Part shown: positions 50,980-64,000 of the stretch, piece by piece
Layout of the letters: every line of letters begins with the position of its first letter
Numbering within the stretch: position 1 is the first letter of the stretch
Assembly: GCA_035084275.1 (NCBI GenBank)
Contig: CM068754.1
Coordinates: forward strand, 8,990,001 to 9,054,000
Source of the DNA: Hydrolagus colliei
Lineage: Eukaryota
Reading direction: 5' to 3'
DNA: 64,000 nucleotides
The notes under the pieces: generated by a model
Told to the model about the DNA's origin: nothing
Databases searched by the model: none
What the model saw: the letters and a program-made list of their open reading frames with translations, nothing else
Position numbers and translations under genes: made by a program

Positions 50980-53900
50980 ACGAGCAAAACAAGTACACTT
51001 TTGTCCGAATCCAAAGCAATGCAAATCGGGGGATGTTTAAATAAGCTTCCTACTCTACTCTAGTGGCTGGGAGTAAAGCTTCTTTACTCTGGGGAGAATA
51101 AGGGCAGCATGAGATTATTTCCCATGTGTAAATAAAATGATGGTCCATTGAGGGCAGATGTAGCACCTTTTACATCACCACACAATTCTGCACTCTGTTT
51201 ACACACAGATGGATCCTATCTGCACATGAATGGTTCAAGTACCATTAATAGGATAGTGAAGGGGCAGATGCTTTGGGGAAATTTTTTTTTTGGGGGGGAG
51301 GGAGGAGGGGGGCATTCAGCCTTGAGACCTGTTAGAGATTGATGCTGAGAAATGTCTAAATGTTCTGGGTTTAGTCTCTGCTGAAAAGCATCCTTTTTGT
51401 ACGTTTCTAATCATACTTTATTTTTAAAGTGTCTAATTTTCCAACAGTCCAGTCAGGGTCTTAAGATATGTAATGCATTCCGATTCACCCAAAACTTGTG
51501 GTGTACTTTTGAGAGAATCTGTGTCTGATTTTCTGGTGTACCTGTTGGGGAAGATCTGTTGGGGATCTGTGAATCTAAGTGCCCCAACTCTTGAGTTTCT
51601 GCTCATATAATGGCTTATGTGAAATTCTACCTTTTGATTCAAATTTAAAAGAGGAAAAAGAGCTTTTATTGGACGGGTCACCACCCCCCTGCATGACTGA
51701 CATCCATAACAAATTAATGCTTTAGTCCATCGACGCTGCCAGACAGACCTTGGTGCAGTGTGTTTAAATGTTCACAGCAACCACCGGTCCATCACCAATA
51801 GAAAAGCTGTAAAATAGTAGTACGTAATTTCCCACTTACAACCCTTAAATTAATATCTAACCCATTGTCACTTATCAAACCAATAACGTTTTTAAATTAT
51901 GTGTGTGCGTATATATATTTAAAAAACTACTGTATAAAAATGTTATAGATTTGTCGTATTCCTAAGAAAACCTACATGATTTATTTATTTATTTCATCCC
52001 AGTGAAAATCTATAGGATAAATGTTCAAACAATAATACATACTTGTGATACCATCCCAGACTTTGTCATGTTTTATGAATGTCTGTGTTTACATTTTTAT
52101 TACAGATTTTATGCCTGAAAAGGTTAAAAGAAGGCAAGTGTGGTGTCCTATGAAATTTGAAAGTGTGATAGTTTGAAGGAATCCCAAATCCTATTGGGCA
52201 TTTTAAATATGAATACATTGAAATGAATTGCTGAGTTGACTAGATATAAAAGGCCAATATTTACACCACCACATCAGTTGACAGAAAATTAAATCTTTCT
52301 GGATTCATTTACTTTTATGTTTTGGCACAGAAACTTTGTATATTTCTGTGACAATTCCTAACATTGTTGCCACGGCAGCCAAATGAGATTTCTTTTTTAA
52401 ATCGGACTCCTGTTTGCAGGCCCGGCTTTAACACCACTCATTTTATTAGAAGAGCATCATCTGTTGTAAGTTACAAACAATTCCCACATCTAATTACAAC
52501 CAGGATTTCAGGGTCATTAAACAAAATACATTTGCATCAGCAAGACTCGAAATTGAGACTAAAATCACAGAACTCGAGTCACCGAACCTGCCACAGCTTT
52601 CTTCCCTTTCTATCGCAACACTTCCTCCTTGACCTTTTCTTGTCTATTGCTTCCTTAACTTTTTGAGCTAAACCTCTCTAATGGCAGGAAACTGTATCTT
52701 GCAAGAATTTGATTGAACACAGAACGTATCAAAATATGGCTTGGTACGTGACAATCCTATTGAACCAAGTCCATTTAGAATCTTTGCCTAATAAACGCAC
52801 ACAGTAAATCACGGGGTGAAGATTAGATTGGAAAAGTTACTTTGCCCTTTTTCAGTACTTTTACTGAATGTCTGAAATCTGTAGATACCATTTTTTTCAG
52901 TTTAGCTCTTTTGTTGGCAATAGGAGGATGCCGTGACCAAAAGAGCGGTCCCTTGAAAGGGGTTTATCATTTAAATTTTAAGTTTCTTTCCATTACAAGC
53001 AGAGGTCAGACCGTGAGTAATTTGTGCCTGAAAGATGAAGAGTATTTTCGGGCTGTGGAATGTGATGCTGATTAAATTGAGTACTACTCGACCAATTTTC
53101 AATTAGGGATATGAGTTGTTCCTCCAACATATGAATTGTACCATTTTACATCAGTAACACAAACTGTGATACAAGTGGTACAAAAATGAATCTTGCAATG
53201 AAGCAATTGGTTAAACACAGTTTGAAGGTACAGTATCTTTTTAACCAGTCCAATTTTCTTTAGTTCACAATTCATATCGGCAATCTCTACACATGTGGGC
53301 CCCTAAATTATTTGGAACACAACTAATTACAATAGACTTCAAAATAAGTGTAGAATTTCAAAAGGAAGCCCCACATAGTGAGTCAGGATAATGAATATAC
53401 TCAGTAAGTTTTGTGAAAAAAAACACTCACACAGAGCTTATAAAAGCTCCGTTATTGTGCAATTAAACTAAGAACATGTGGCTTTGTCTGTCAGTAAGAC
53501 GTGATTCATTGCAGGTACAAGCCCTAAAAGGTTCTGCTAAGAATTGCAACCCATGCATTATCACTGGCCTAATCTGCATCCACCTTTCTTTGCTGGCTCT
53601 GCAATCATGCATCCGAGAGGTTTCTAGCTTGTTAAATAATACATGTGATTTTCTTTTAAAATGTCAACCTTTAGTCCCAACCCTGCTGCAGTGTCCTTTG
53701 TGATGTTGATTTTCCCTGACAAGATTCCATTACAATTGACTGCCTGGCAAGTAAACCTGTAGCTCGTAAGCTTTTCACCTTCAATTACTTTCTTTTCTGC
53801 TTTGAGGACTGTGTTCTAATTTCTTGAAGGCTAAGGTTACATTGTGGACAAAAAATTTGAGTGTGAACTGCAGTTAAGATTTTATTTGTGCTTTGATAAA

Positions 53901-54614
53901 GGAACATAAATGTGAATGGATTATTGCCTATGTGGCATTTTGTGACTTGGAACAGATTGCACAGTGCTAAAGGTTAAAACTGTTGAAGAGCTTATGGTAA
54001 TTATGTAAAGTGAAAGACAAATACTTCCCAAACCCAGCCTGAGATTTTTAAAAACAGTGGTTTATTGCTACACATTTCATGTATCTAGTGCTTAGAAACT
54101 CCCTAATTTCAAACTTTATCTGAACTCCCTTCTGTGCAATCAGCCCGCGCACAGTATTTTCATATCCTAACAGTACATCACAGGCTGCATTAGCATCAGC
54201 ACAATTGCTGTAGCTTTTAGTCTGCTGTCATCTTTGTTGTGAGATCCTCTGTGTGCAAAGCAACTAAAGTTAAAACTGTCCACCATGTGAATGCAAATAA
54301 ATGTTTTCAATTTGTGTCCACGGTTCACCCCAGCATCACTTGCAGTCATTTTCAAATGTTATTTTATATCAGATGAAAAAATAACAGATTTTTTTTTACA
54401 CGCTCGTTTTGTTGTTTCACGCTGGTGGGGAAAAAAAAGGAAATGAGCTTTGCAGCCCAGGAAATGGGCCTTCCTCACACAAAACAAATGTTATTTGGCT
54501 GACGTATATATTGGCTCCTATCTCTGACAGGATGAGAGCCCAACATGATTATCACTAACGCCGTTTTGATTTTCCTCACTTGCTGCTGCAGATATCTTCA
54601 AAAATCTGTTATTT

Positions 54615-54767
54615 TTCGCCCACAAATATACAGTTAATTTTCCTACTTTCCTTCCCCCAAACTCTGTGAAGCACTTTGGGACGATGATAAGACGTGGAAA
54701 GCGCTATATAAACTTGAGACTTACTTACTTACTTACTTACTACTTACTTACTTACTTACTTACTTAC
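54615..54767 (+). mobile_element. SINE 3' part ending in an (ACTT)n microsatellite tail
   Basis: gcccacaaatatacag...ctgtgaagcactttgggacg...gacgtggaaagcgctatataaa, then about 12 ACTT units at ~54719-54766. Confidence 0.7.
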
Positions 54768-55078
54768 AGAAATGCATGCTACCCATGTAAGGAGTGCAAT
54801 ATAAATACAAGTTATTGATACTTGAACAAGCTTGGAAAAGTTACAAGCGGCATGACATGAAAGAGTTAGAATTAGTAGTGATACACTTGTTCACCAACAA
54901 CAGTGGTGATACACTTGTTCACACTATTCACACTAGCCTGACCCAATCACTGGAGTTACAAATCAAGGTTTAACACAATTAAAATAGTATGTGGTACGAA
55001 TGGACATCCAAGAAGCTGGAAGAAAATGCATCATCAGGAATATGGCTCCTTAGCTGATTATACAATGGCATTAATGGT

Positions 55079-55315
55079 CGCTTCACAGAATATACTGTAT
55101 ATTTGTGGATGAAACACAGCAGCCAATTGCACACAGCAGTGTCCCACAAACAGTCGTGGATTGAAATGACCAATTCATTATTGTTTTTTAATGAGGGATT
55201 ACTATTAGGCGTGTGAAGTAAGGAAACACGCCTAAGGTTTCGCTCTGCCTGGAATTGAATCCAGGTATCTCGCTTGTAATGCAAGTGCATTACCACTAAG
55301 CTACAATACTCCACA
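55079..55315 (-). mobile_element. tRNA-derived Deu-core SINE, 3'-truncated
   Basis: The minus strand reads tgtggagtattgtagcttagtggtaatgcac...ggattcaattcc, then the Deu core. Homologous to 12486-12800. Confidence 0.8.
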
Positions 55316-55756
55316 ATGTCACCTTATCATATGTTAAATACACTTTCCTTCCTTATAATTATAATACTCTTACAGATAACCAGAAGCCAAAATGTTCCAA
55401 ATGACTGGTATATTGCTTGCTCTCTAGCTCCAGAGGTTTCCCTTCTCTTCCCCCACTGGTAGATTTGAATTGATCTGACATCATTAACATGCACAGCAGC
55501 GCTAACACCAACCAGATAACAGAAAATCAAAAGCCAAAACTTCAACCCAACCCAAATCCTTAGATTCACTGCCAAAAGAACTTGATGTAGGTTGCAAAAT
55601 GGGGGTGGTCTATGTAGTTGTTCTCATCACTTGGCTTTGTGTTACATGATTTACAAAGGGATTAAGGAGTATGGGGATAAGGCAAGTAGCTGGAGTTTGA
55701 GTAGAATATCAGCCAAGATTGAATGGCGGGGCAGGCTCGATGGGCCGAATGGCCTA

Positions 55757-56561
55757 CCGTAAATACCCACGTATAAGGCGCACTTTTTTTCACGTCGGAA
55801 GATCTCGAAAGTTGAGGGTGCGCCCTATGCGCAGATACAAGAAATTTTGAGCCTCGGAAATACAGGAAACAGGAGGGGCTGCCGGCGCGCTGTCAGCCGG
55901 GGTTTGGTCAGTGTGTCCGGCGGGGGTTGGGGGGGAGCGGGTGATAGAGCTTCGGCCTCGGCCGCCCGGGCAGCGGCAGCAGCAGCGGACTTCAGGGCTG
56001 TGCCTGCTGCCTGCCTTCTNNNNNNNNNNNNNNNNNNNNNNNNNNNNNNNNNNNNNNNNNNNNNNNNNNNNNNNNNNNNNNNNNNNNNNNNNNNNNNNNN
56101 NNNNNNNNNNNNNNNNNNNNNNNNNNNNNNNNNNNNNNNNNNNNNNNNNNNNNNNNNNNNNNNNNNNNNNNNNNNNNNNNNNNNNNNNNNNNNNNNNNNN
56201 NNNNNNNNNNNNNNNNNNNNNNNNNNNNNNNNNNNNNNNNNNNNNNNNNNNNNNNNNNNNNNNNNNNNNNNNNNNNNNNNNNNNNNNNNNNNNNNNNNNN
56301 NNNNNNNNNNNNNNNNNNNNNNNNNNNNNNNNNNNNNNNNNNNNNNNNNNNNNNNNNNNNNNNNNNNNNNNNNNNNNNNNNNNNNNNNNNNNNNNCTCTC
56401 CCTTGCTACCTACCTGTCTCTCCTGCCTCCCTCCCTTCTGCCGGCAATATCATTGAAAATGCTTCCGTTTTTTTCACCAAGAAAAGGTCAAAAGTGGGGG
56501 GTGCGTCTTATAAGCGAGTGCGCCTTATACGCGAGTGCGCCTTATACGCGGGTATTTACGG
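55757..56561. mobile_element. Non-autonomous Tc1/mariner superfamily (Tc2/pogo-like) DNA transposon with TA target-site duplication
   Basis: TIRs ccgtaaatacccacgtataaggcgcac and gtgcgccttatacgcgggtatttacgg (1 mismatch in 27). TA at 55755-56 and 56562-63. Three 17-bp repeats at the right end. Confidence 0.88.
56020..56395. other. Assembly gap (376 N)
   Basis: Run of N inside the GC-rich transposon interior. Confidence 0.99.
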
Positions 56562-57869
56562 TACCCCTGCTCCTATTTCTTAAGTTCTTATTGCAATTTC
56601 GTCACATGTGTCAAGTGGTTATCAAACAGAAAAACAATTAATTAATAACCACTGCAAACTGTTACTTTAGCTATCAGAGAACTGATTGTTGAAGTTTTAC
56701 TGCAATATAAGCAAACAAGCATTCACAGGATGATATTATCAAGCAGAGAGAGAGAGTACTTTAACCCCCTCACCTCAGCAAGTAGCAATTTGAGATTATT
56801 CACCAGCAATTGCCCCTGAAAATTATTTTGGATTGTTCAATTTATGTAATTTGTTGGAAAACCATCTCATGTAAAGTGCGATGCTCAAAGACAGTGTCGT
56901 AGGCACATTGAAAATTACAAAACGTCTAACTCTGCTGATGTGACAAGCACCAAAATCAATCGGCCAACTGTTTTGTGTGAATTTGCACACACGTCTTAAT
57001 CTTTTATGGATTGCAGAGCACAGGCAGCAATAAATTGCAAAGCAATTTACTAAAACAATAAAGCGTGGTATTTCTTATTTGGAACGCAGCAGAACTGTAG
57101 CAGGCTGAAAGCCGTCAGGGAATCATGATGCAAAGGCATGTAGAAACCATTAAATAAAGACTGAAAACACTACCAGTTGAAGTAAAACCTGCTCAAGGCT
57201 ATAGCTCAGTTTCACGCCCAATTCAGTGAATATTCAATTAGATACTCTTCGGTGAGCTGCACTGTATATCACAAAGGGGTATGATCTGTAACTGATGACA
57301 AGTTGTAAAAATATTAGGCTTGATAAGTGCAACAAGCCAGGAATGATTCACATAGTGCTTTGAATATGCATGTTTGTGTAAATTATTGATGATTTTCCTG
57401 ACGCAGCATTTTCGCGAGCCTCAGTGTTCCTTGAAATCATAAACTGAAGCCAAGAAGTTTTGATTGTCCCCTTCACCTGAATATGTAAATAAGGATGTGG
57501 AAATCATGCCTTTTATGTGCAGTGTATTGAATCCCAATTTGTTAATAAGCATTAATGGGTATTCTTTTGACAATCATTTACTGGGTGTTGAAATATTACT
57601 TTTAAAAAATACTCAACTTTACAGTATGATTGATACTAATTAGAATTTACTACTAATTCGTATCATTTGATATTGTAACCAAAATAAATGAACCAGTTCA
57701 TAAAATCACTTGTATGTTGTTCAGGCTGACAAATTCACACCGCGGGTTGAATTCTAAATCTGTTCAGACCACTGAAATGTTGCCTACATTTGTAGGGTAT
57801 GGTGCCCTATTGTGGGAACCTGAGCCATTGCTATATGCTATTGAGTTGTGTCTTCCTTTGACTTCACTA

Positions 57870-58082
57870 TCTTGCCTCCTCCCTTGCCTCCTTCAAGACC
57901 CGTCTTAAGACACTCGTCTTCGATCGTGCCTTTGGTCACCATCCTACCTTTATCCTGTCCTCCCTGTCCTCCACTCCTCATGATCCCAACCACCAGCTCG
58001 GATGCGGATCCCTAACTATCCAATGCCTTGGGGTGTCCACCTGACGTGAAAGGCGCTCTACAAATGTACTTTGTTGTTGTTG
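57870..58082 (+). mobile_element. Older L2 3' fragment with (TTG)n tail
   Basis: ccttcaagacccgtcttaagacactcgtcttcgatcgtgcctttgg...gacgtgaaaggcgctctacaaatgtact(ttg)n. Confidence 0.8.
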
Positions 58083-58853
58083 ATATTCACAAACTAGAAG
58101 TTATAATCAATGTTCAGTCTTATTTGCAAACTTTAGATACTCTGTATGCAACTTTTGTATGCAACGTTTGGCCTTTTTATTGAAGTGTGCTAACCTGGAA
58201 TCTATAAACAATGCAAATTTAAACAGTAAATGAAATGGCCAACCTTGTCAATTTTGCAGATGTCAGACGACTAACCGTTCTACTGATAAAGGCGAATTGA
58301 ATACCTTCCTTAACTGCCGAGTTCAGCCAGCACTGTTGGTAAGATAGCTTACTTAATCTTCATTCTAAATACTGCATGATGATTTTTTTAAATTCTAGCC
58401 TTGTTAAATATCTTCATTATAAACATGTAGAAATGGGGGGAAATCATTTCTACACTTGCAAAGTGCAGAATAGCAAATAAGCTGAGTTCACATATTGGAT
58501 TTCTCTCATACTGTGTGGGAAAACACTTCTGTAATACGATTTATAAAATACTGAGATCTAATCAATAATCTGTAGCCTGCCAAAATATCATTTTTCATTT
58601 AGATCCATTAAAATGCATGAAAATGAAGAAACATTGACTTTTAGCGTGACTTTAGCAATCCCATAATGTGTAGTTCAAGGTAGCAAACTAACATTTTTCA
58701 GGGTTTCTGCTGTAATCCCATTGTCTTGCTAAAAGCAATTTTGAAAGTATTCTTAGAGTGGTGTGAAATGTCTGGCAATAACTGGTATTGGCAAACAAAG
58801 TCCAAAATTAGTGAATCTTCAGTAGCTTAATGGTAGAGACTGTAGAAACTCAC

Positions 58854-58985
58854 CCGCATTGGAATTCAGTTCTTCATTCTCAGACTCTGTGCCATTTTGA
58901 GTACCATTACCAAGAAGATTATTCATTGCGGCAAGTCTCAGCTTTTGCAACTTCATCGCTTCAGCCATGGCTGCTGCAGTTAAAC
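58854..58985 (-). CDS. DACH2: Dachshund homolog internal exon, 132 bp, phase 1-1: (G)LTAAAMAEAMKLQKLRLAAMNNLLGNGTQNGTESENEELNSNA
   Basis: Acceptor ttgtttgccag| and donor |gtgagt. The peptide matches the recalled DACH2 segment GLTAAAMAEAMKLQK...NGTESE. Confidence 0.93.
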
Positions 58986-60119
58986 CTGGCAAACAAGTGA
59001 TGAAAACAAGGTCACTTGTAAAAGATGATGGTTCAGTTATTAGAATTGTCTTTACCTCAGGTTAAAAAGTATTAAATAATTTTCAAAGCACTGTGTCAGG
59101 ATTGTCCAATTTAAGACTTAATACTTAAAATGTTTGCTTCGCCACTGGACTCCCAAGTTGAAGACCCAAGTTCAAATACCATTCTTGACTAATATTTATA
59201 TTCAGGTTTCTTATAAAGGGCAAGTATTATTTGGGGGGAATTGTCCAGAGGAGTTGGCTAAAAATATTTATCATGAGGGTTTCTACATTTGTTAATTGAT
59301 GGGAGGAATAATCTTGAATTGTGACCTTGAAGTTGTCTGACCATAGGTGGACTGTCGCATCACCACAACTGAGTTGAGAGGACATAAATCGACGAAACAA
59401 TTTCAAATGTTGACTAAGTTGTTCATCGTTTCTAATGCACACTGAACACATTCTACTTCAATTGGTCAATGGGAATGCCACTGTACTTTAGAGGGTCCTG
59501 AAGGTATATGCGTAGACAAATAAACTAGCATTAAGCTATAAAGTGATTCTTTTTATTTGAGAAGACATGCTTGCTTGCAGTGAATATCGCTCTGATATTG
59601 ATAATGATACAATATAGTGTAAGGGAAAGCAATGACAATCTGCAATGTGACTGGCAGATAATTATTTGATGGTACATGTGAACAAATACCCAATTCACAA
59701 CCCTCATTCATATCAGATGACTTTGAAGAAGAATGAAATATCATGTTTTATTTCTCCCCTGGATGACAAAACAAGAAGGAATTGAAAATGCTCTTCCAAT
59801 TACAGATTTTTAAATTGCCTCTCAAAAAAAAGGCTTAATGATATTTTTCTCATTTGAAAAATAATAAAATAGCCCTCAAATAACCAGCTCAATCCCCAAG
59901 ATGTCTATGACAAACATTTCTCATTCAAAGGCTAGCAAAAAAAAGTCAGTCAATAGTTCTGTTCAAAGTGGTCAAATTTGCTTGGAAAATGATAAATCAA
60001 CACTTGCAACATGCTTTATTCTATTCTTTAATATCTTGGGAGTCTTCTGAAAATTAATATTTATTGTTAGTATGTCCAGAGGGTACAAAATGTACAGCTA
60101 ATATTTAAGTTAATCAATC

Positions 60120-60247
60120 ATTGCAACAGTGGTTGAGATGTGGTTTAAAAAGCTGCTTGATGCTGTGATGGGTAGAAGCTAGGATGGGAGAAAGGGATCA
60201 GGTAGGCTGAAGGACTTTCTTCATCCCAACTCATTTTGTAAAATGTA
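60120..60247 (+). repeat. Highly degenerate CR1-like 3' end
   Basis: tttaaaagctgcttgatg...ggtaggctgaaggactttcttcatcc resembles the end of CR1 ORF2 plus its 3' UTR. Confidence 0.35.
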
Positions 60248-63200
60248 GACCTAAACTTTAATTTATTAATTTTCAACTTGGGTTTATCTGGATGATTCTT
60301 CAGTCTCTCAAAATGTGTTGCATAACCATAAATGCTTCAACCTCAGGGCATTGGGATTGATCAATGTTTTGCATAGACATATATACAACTTCCCTCTTAA
60401 TTTGACTCACATTTCTGTGAAAAACTGTGAAAACATTGCCACAACATGCTAAGCCATCAGAGGAGCTGACATTTCTGCCTAAATGTTTTACACATCTAAG
60501 TCCTGACAGATATGTAGGTCTTTGCCAAGATGTATTTTCTTCTATTTGGATTTCTACAAACTGACGCTGAAAAAAATATTTTAACTGTTCCATCACCTCA
60601 GTCTGTTTTAATCATTGATTCAGTCAAACCAGAAAACATTTGGTATAAATTTACATTTACAGAAAGGTGATTAGATTTCTCAAATGGATTTTCTGTAAGA
60701 GAGAGAGTTTGCAAGCATTGCCTCTACAATGCCTTACTGGTGGTAGTTCAAGTTCCTGATGGTAGTACAAGTACTGTAACACCTGACAGTAAAGTGAGCA
60801 AGGCAATATAACAACATTCCTCCAGCTCCCACAAAACCGATTAACTTTTGTCTCGTTCTGGATTCACTTATCTCTACCACTATTCTGTTTACAATTGCCA
60901 TGGCATATAACATGTCCAGCGGTGGCAGTGTGATCAAAGCGAAGCATAAGTACATGGAACAGAACCAGTGGGTTCTTCTAATACGTCTGCAAATGGGCAG
61001 TGAATGTGGCAGGACAAGGTAAGTAAAATGGGAGGAAATCCATTTCAGTCACATAGAGGATGATGTATTAAAGTGTATTATAGAGCCTGGTGCACTAAAT
61101 GTTGAGAACTAAATAATTGAAGTACACTTGATGTTTGGGATGGGGATTTACACTTTTTTTAAAAAAATACATAGATCAGACATTCGTTAGAGCAGTTGTT
61201 AATGCAAAGTGGTTTTGTTGAGATTGGATTTTTGCCTGGATCAGGTGAGCAGCTGCCTGACTTTGATTGTACTGTTTTGTGCAGAGATCCATATAACATA
61301 ATTAAATCAATACCATCCCTTTTACATTACATCTTTGTTTTTGCATGTTACTGTTTAAATGTTAATGGGCTTGGTCTGATGTGACATGATTAATATTTGT
61401 TTAAATGAAGATACAAATGCTATTAATTTTAAAACTGACACGAGCAGTACCCATACAGTAATAACATTGGCTTACTAAGTAGAAGACCATAGCTTTAGTT
61501 CCCAAAGCTGAAAACTGGAAGTGCACTCAACAATTTTGATGAGGCTTATTGGCCCTATTCATAGTGGGGGATTTTAGCTTGGGAGAAGCAAAGCAATCTC
61601 TCACTCTGCTGGCCACACACTTCAATTAGAAGATTATTAAGCAGCTTTATTGCTGCTGGTAAAGGCATCTTCAGTTTGTACCTTTCCAGGGGGAGAGCAG
61701 GCAAATAATGTTTTTGTTTAAAAGAGTAAAATAGGAGATCTGAACATATTTAACGTAAATAAGATTTCAGAGCACAAATGGTAATAGTTCCTTCAATCCG
61801 TACCACTGGACCAAAAGTTGAGCAGCAAACACCTACTCACTGATTTACCATTTCCAGTGCAGCTCTTTACAATGTTCTCCCCAATAGTTTTATTTCTTCC
61901 ACTATTCATTGTTTTCCAAGAATTGGTTCACTATTATCTTGATTTCTATGGTAAATCATAGGCATATATCTGAAATGCATGTGTAAAATCATTGCACATA
62001 AGAAACAAATGTACAGTATTTCAAATTAATTGTATTACTACTCAAAGAGTTAAGCTTATCCATGTTGACAACACATTTGGACCACCACTAAGTTGTGTGA
62101 TCTGCAGTCCCTCTGGTCCATGTAATAGTACACTTGCCTTTCCGTGTATTACCATCTATTTTAATTCTCAACGTATAATAGCAGATGGTTGAGAATGCAT
62201 TACAAAGATATATGTTGCCGTTGGAGACTACATAAACCTCACTAATTCATTTCCCTGCCAGCCATTATTTTTTTTTCCCCTTCTCTTTCTTAAAGTACAT
62301 CTGGCATTATGCCAGGTTGAAGAGTATGAGACGTTAGCAGAAAATGCAAAACTGTAAGTATCTGGTGTTAGAAAGGTAAAATTACAGGGGACGCAACTAG
62401 TTCAGTTACGTTCTGGAGTCATATATGGAATGGAATGTGTAACAGAAGTAGAGTATCAGAAGTTGGTCTTGACTCTTTTGCAGAAAATCTTATAGAAAAT
62501 GCAGATATTCTATCATCATAATAATATACCTTGGATAAGGCAGGGAGAAGGTCAAACGTTTACAGAATAAGAACACTACCATCGTTCTCAATAATTTAAG
62601 ATCTAAGGTTGCTCGTGATGACACTGCAGCTTTCACAAAGGACTGCACATTACTGCTGTCAGAGGTGTAGGTGTGTGTTCCATTTCTTCACGCTTTGAAA
62701 ATATTATTGAGCGTGTCTAAACACTATTTCCTGATTTTTGTTGGGAGTTACAATGATTACTTTTATTTCAGCGGGGGAGGGTTGAATTTTGAGGTCATCA
62801 GGGTTATCAATGCATGTCATGCATTGAAGAATAAAATAGTTTTTGCTTTTTCTGCATCTTGTGCCAGTATCCCAGGTCAGTGATAATACAGCCATATGGA
62901 GTGCTGAATTCCCTTTACTCTACAGAAGTGCCTCTTCGCTTCAGTCTCACAAGTGCAATCCCCTTCTGGTCCAATGTGAGTGCTTTCTCTTCCCACATCA
63001 CTCATCCTTATGGCTGATGTGCCTGAAGACAGTTTTGTGCCAATTCAGTGCCTTTTCTAAAACTGTTTTGCTCTACGGTAGGAATTGGATTGATGTCCCC
63101 AGCTAGCCTGAGTAAGATTTGAATTAATGTCCCAGAAAGAAAAAGAATGTGGTCTGTTCATATCACCCATTCCATTGGATATTGCTCCAGAGTACAGCAA

Positions 63201-64000
63201 ACAATATCCAAGGACACGATTTAAAAGTTCAAATAGTTTGCCAGATTATTAAATATAAGTATGATCTGACTTTCCCTACCAGTGAAAATGTCCTACTACT
63301 TTATCACCTCAGACAAACTTTATCAGTGCAAGATTTTAATTGTAATTTAAAAAAAATTAGGTGAGTCAATCAGAAGGAAATGTTTGCTTCTCTTTTTCCA
63401 TCTCCCTGGCAGTTTATTTTTGTAAAGCCTACAGTGCCTTACAGTCTTGGCTTTCGTGGTGTATCTGTGGGTTTTAACTCAACGTTAAGTTATTGCATTT
63501 CTGAACTATCACACATCTGAGGTAATGTCGCCAGTTTTTATTTCTGTTTGAGTTATTACTACATTGCTTGCTGACAGATGTGTACAGGCACAGTAACAAT
63601 GCTTCAGCACATTTTATAGGTCTGATTGAGCATCTACTGCAACCAGTAGCACATTGCCCTAGCTAAAGTTGGATACATTCCAACTAAGCCTTAATTCAGA
63701 CCAGTGAATGCAGTGATCAGAAGACCATACTGAATAATCTGAAATTTTTACCAGATCCATCTCATTTGCAAGTGTAGGGTATCTTTTCAGCTGATTCTTC
63801 TATACACTCAAATGCAGCTGAGAAAAAATGACCTAGACATGACTTGATAGATTACACTGTTGAAATGAGCTGTTTGAAGCTCCGATACAAAGCTTCATGC
63901 CTTGTTTCAATCATTTCACAATTCATTTTCATTAATTTAGTGAAAACAATTAGCTAATAGCCTGAGCTAGATTTACTGATCTTTGCTGACCTACTTAAAA

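Larger units (their letters stand above)
55648..56590 (+). mobile_element. CR1-type 3' end split by a DNA transposon
   Basis: aagggattaaggagtatggggataaggcaagtagctggag...gggccgaatggccTA|insert|TAcccctgctcctatttcttaagttctta. Confidence 0.8.

Noticed and set aside
55847-56641. 264-aa and 181-aa ORFs
   Set aside because: Artefacts of reading through 376 N; no transposase motifs visible.
1-64000. CRISPR array, operon or prokaryotic RT/defence system
   Set aside because: No repeat-spacer array and low coding density with spliceosomal introns; the only intact RT domain belongs to a standard CR1 LINE.

Overview
AT-rich vertebrate genomic DNA, not prokaryotic. The repeat content (CR1 LINEs, L2 tails ending in (TTG)n, Deu-domain SINEs, a Penelope-type foldback) suggests a cartilaginous fish; this is an inference. 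The window lies within the 3' half of a Dachshund-family gene on the minus strand, best matching DACH2. I traced nine GT-AG coding exons with compatible phases: 58985-58854, 40385-40230, 37143-36971, 32346-32211, 30870-30790, 14296-14151, 10966-10819, 5549-5406 and 4121-4056. They encode the central region and the DD2/Box-C coiled coil. The 5' exons are outside the window and the terminal exon is unresolved. The introns hold a young 5'-truncated CR1 with one nonsense codon, many L2 and SINE copies (some nested), two Tc1/mariner-type non-autonomous elements, a foldback repeat with two degenerate hammerhead-ribozyme cores, an LF-SINE-like element, and several CNE-like blocks. The best leads are two candidate poison exons, the hammerhead foldback and an atypical 3' end. 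I cannot support a wholly new multi-gene system. Homology statements come from recall of these families, not from database searches.
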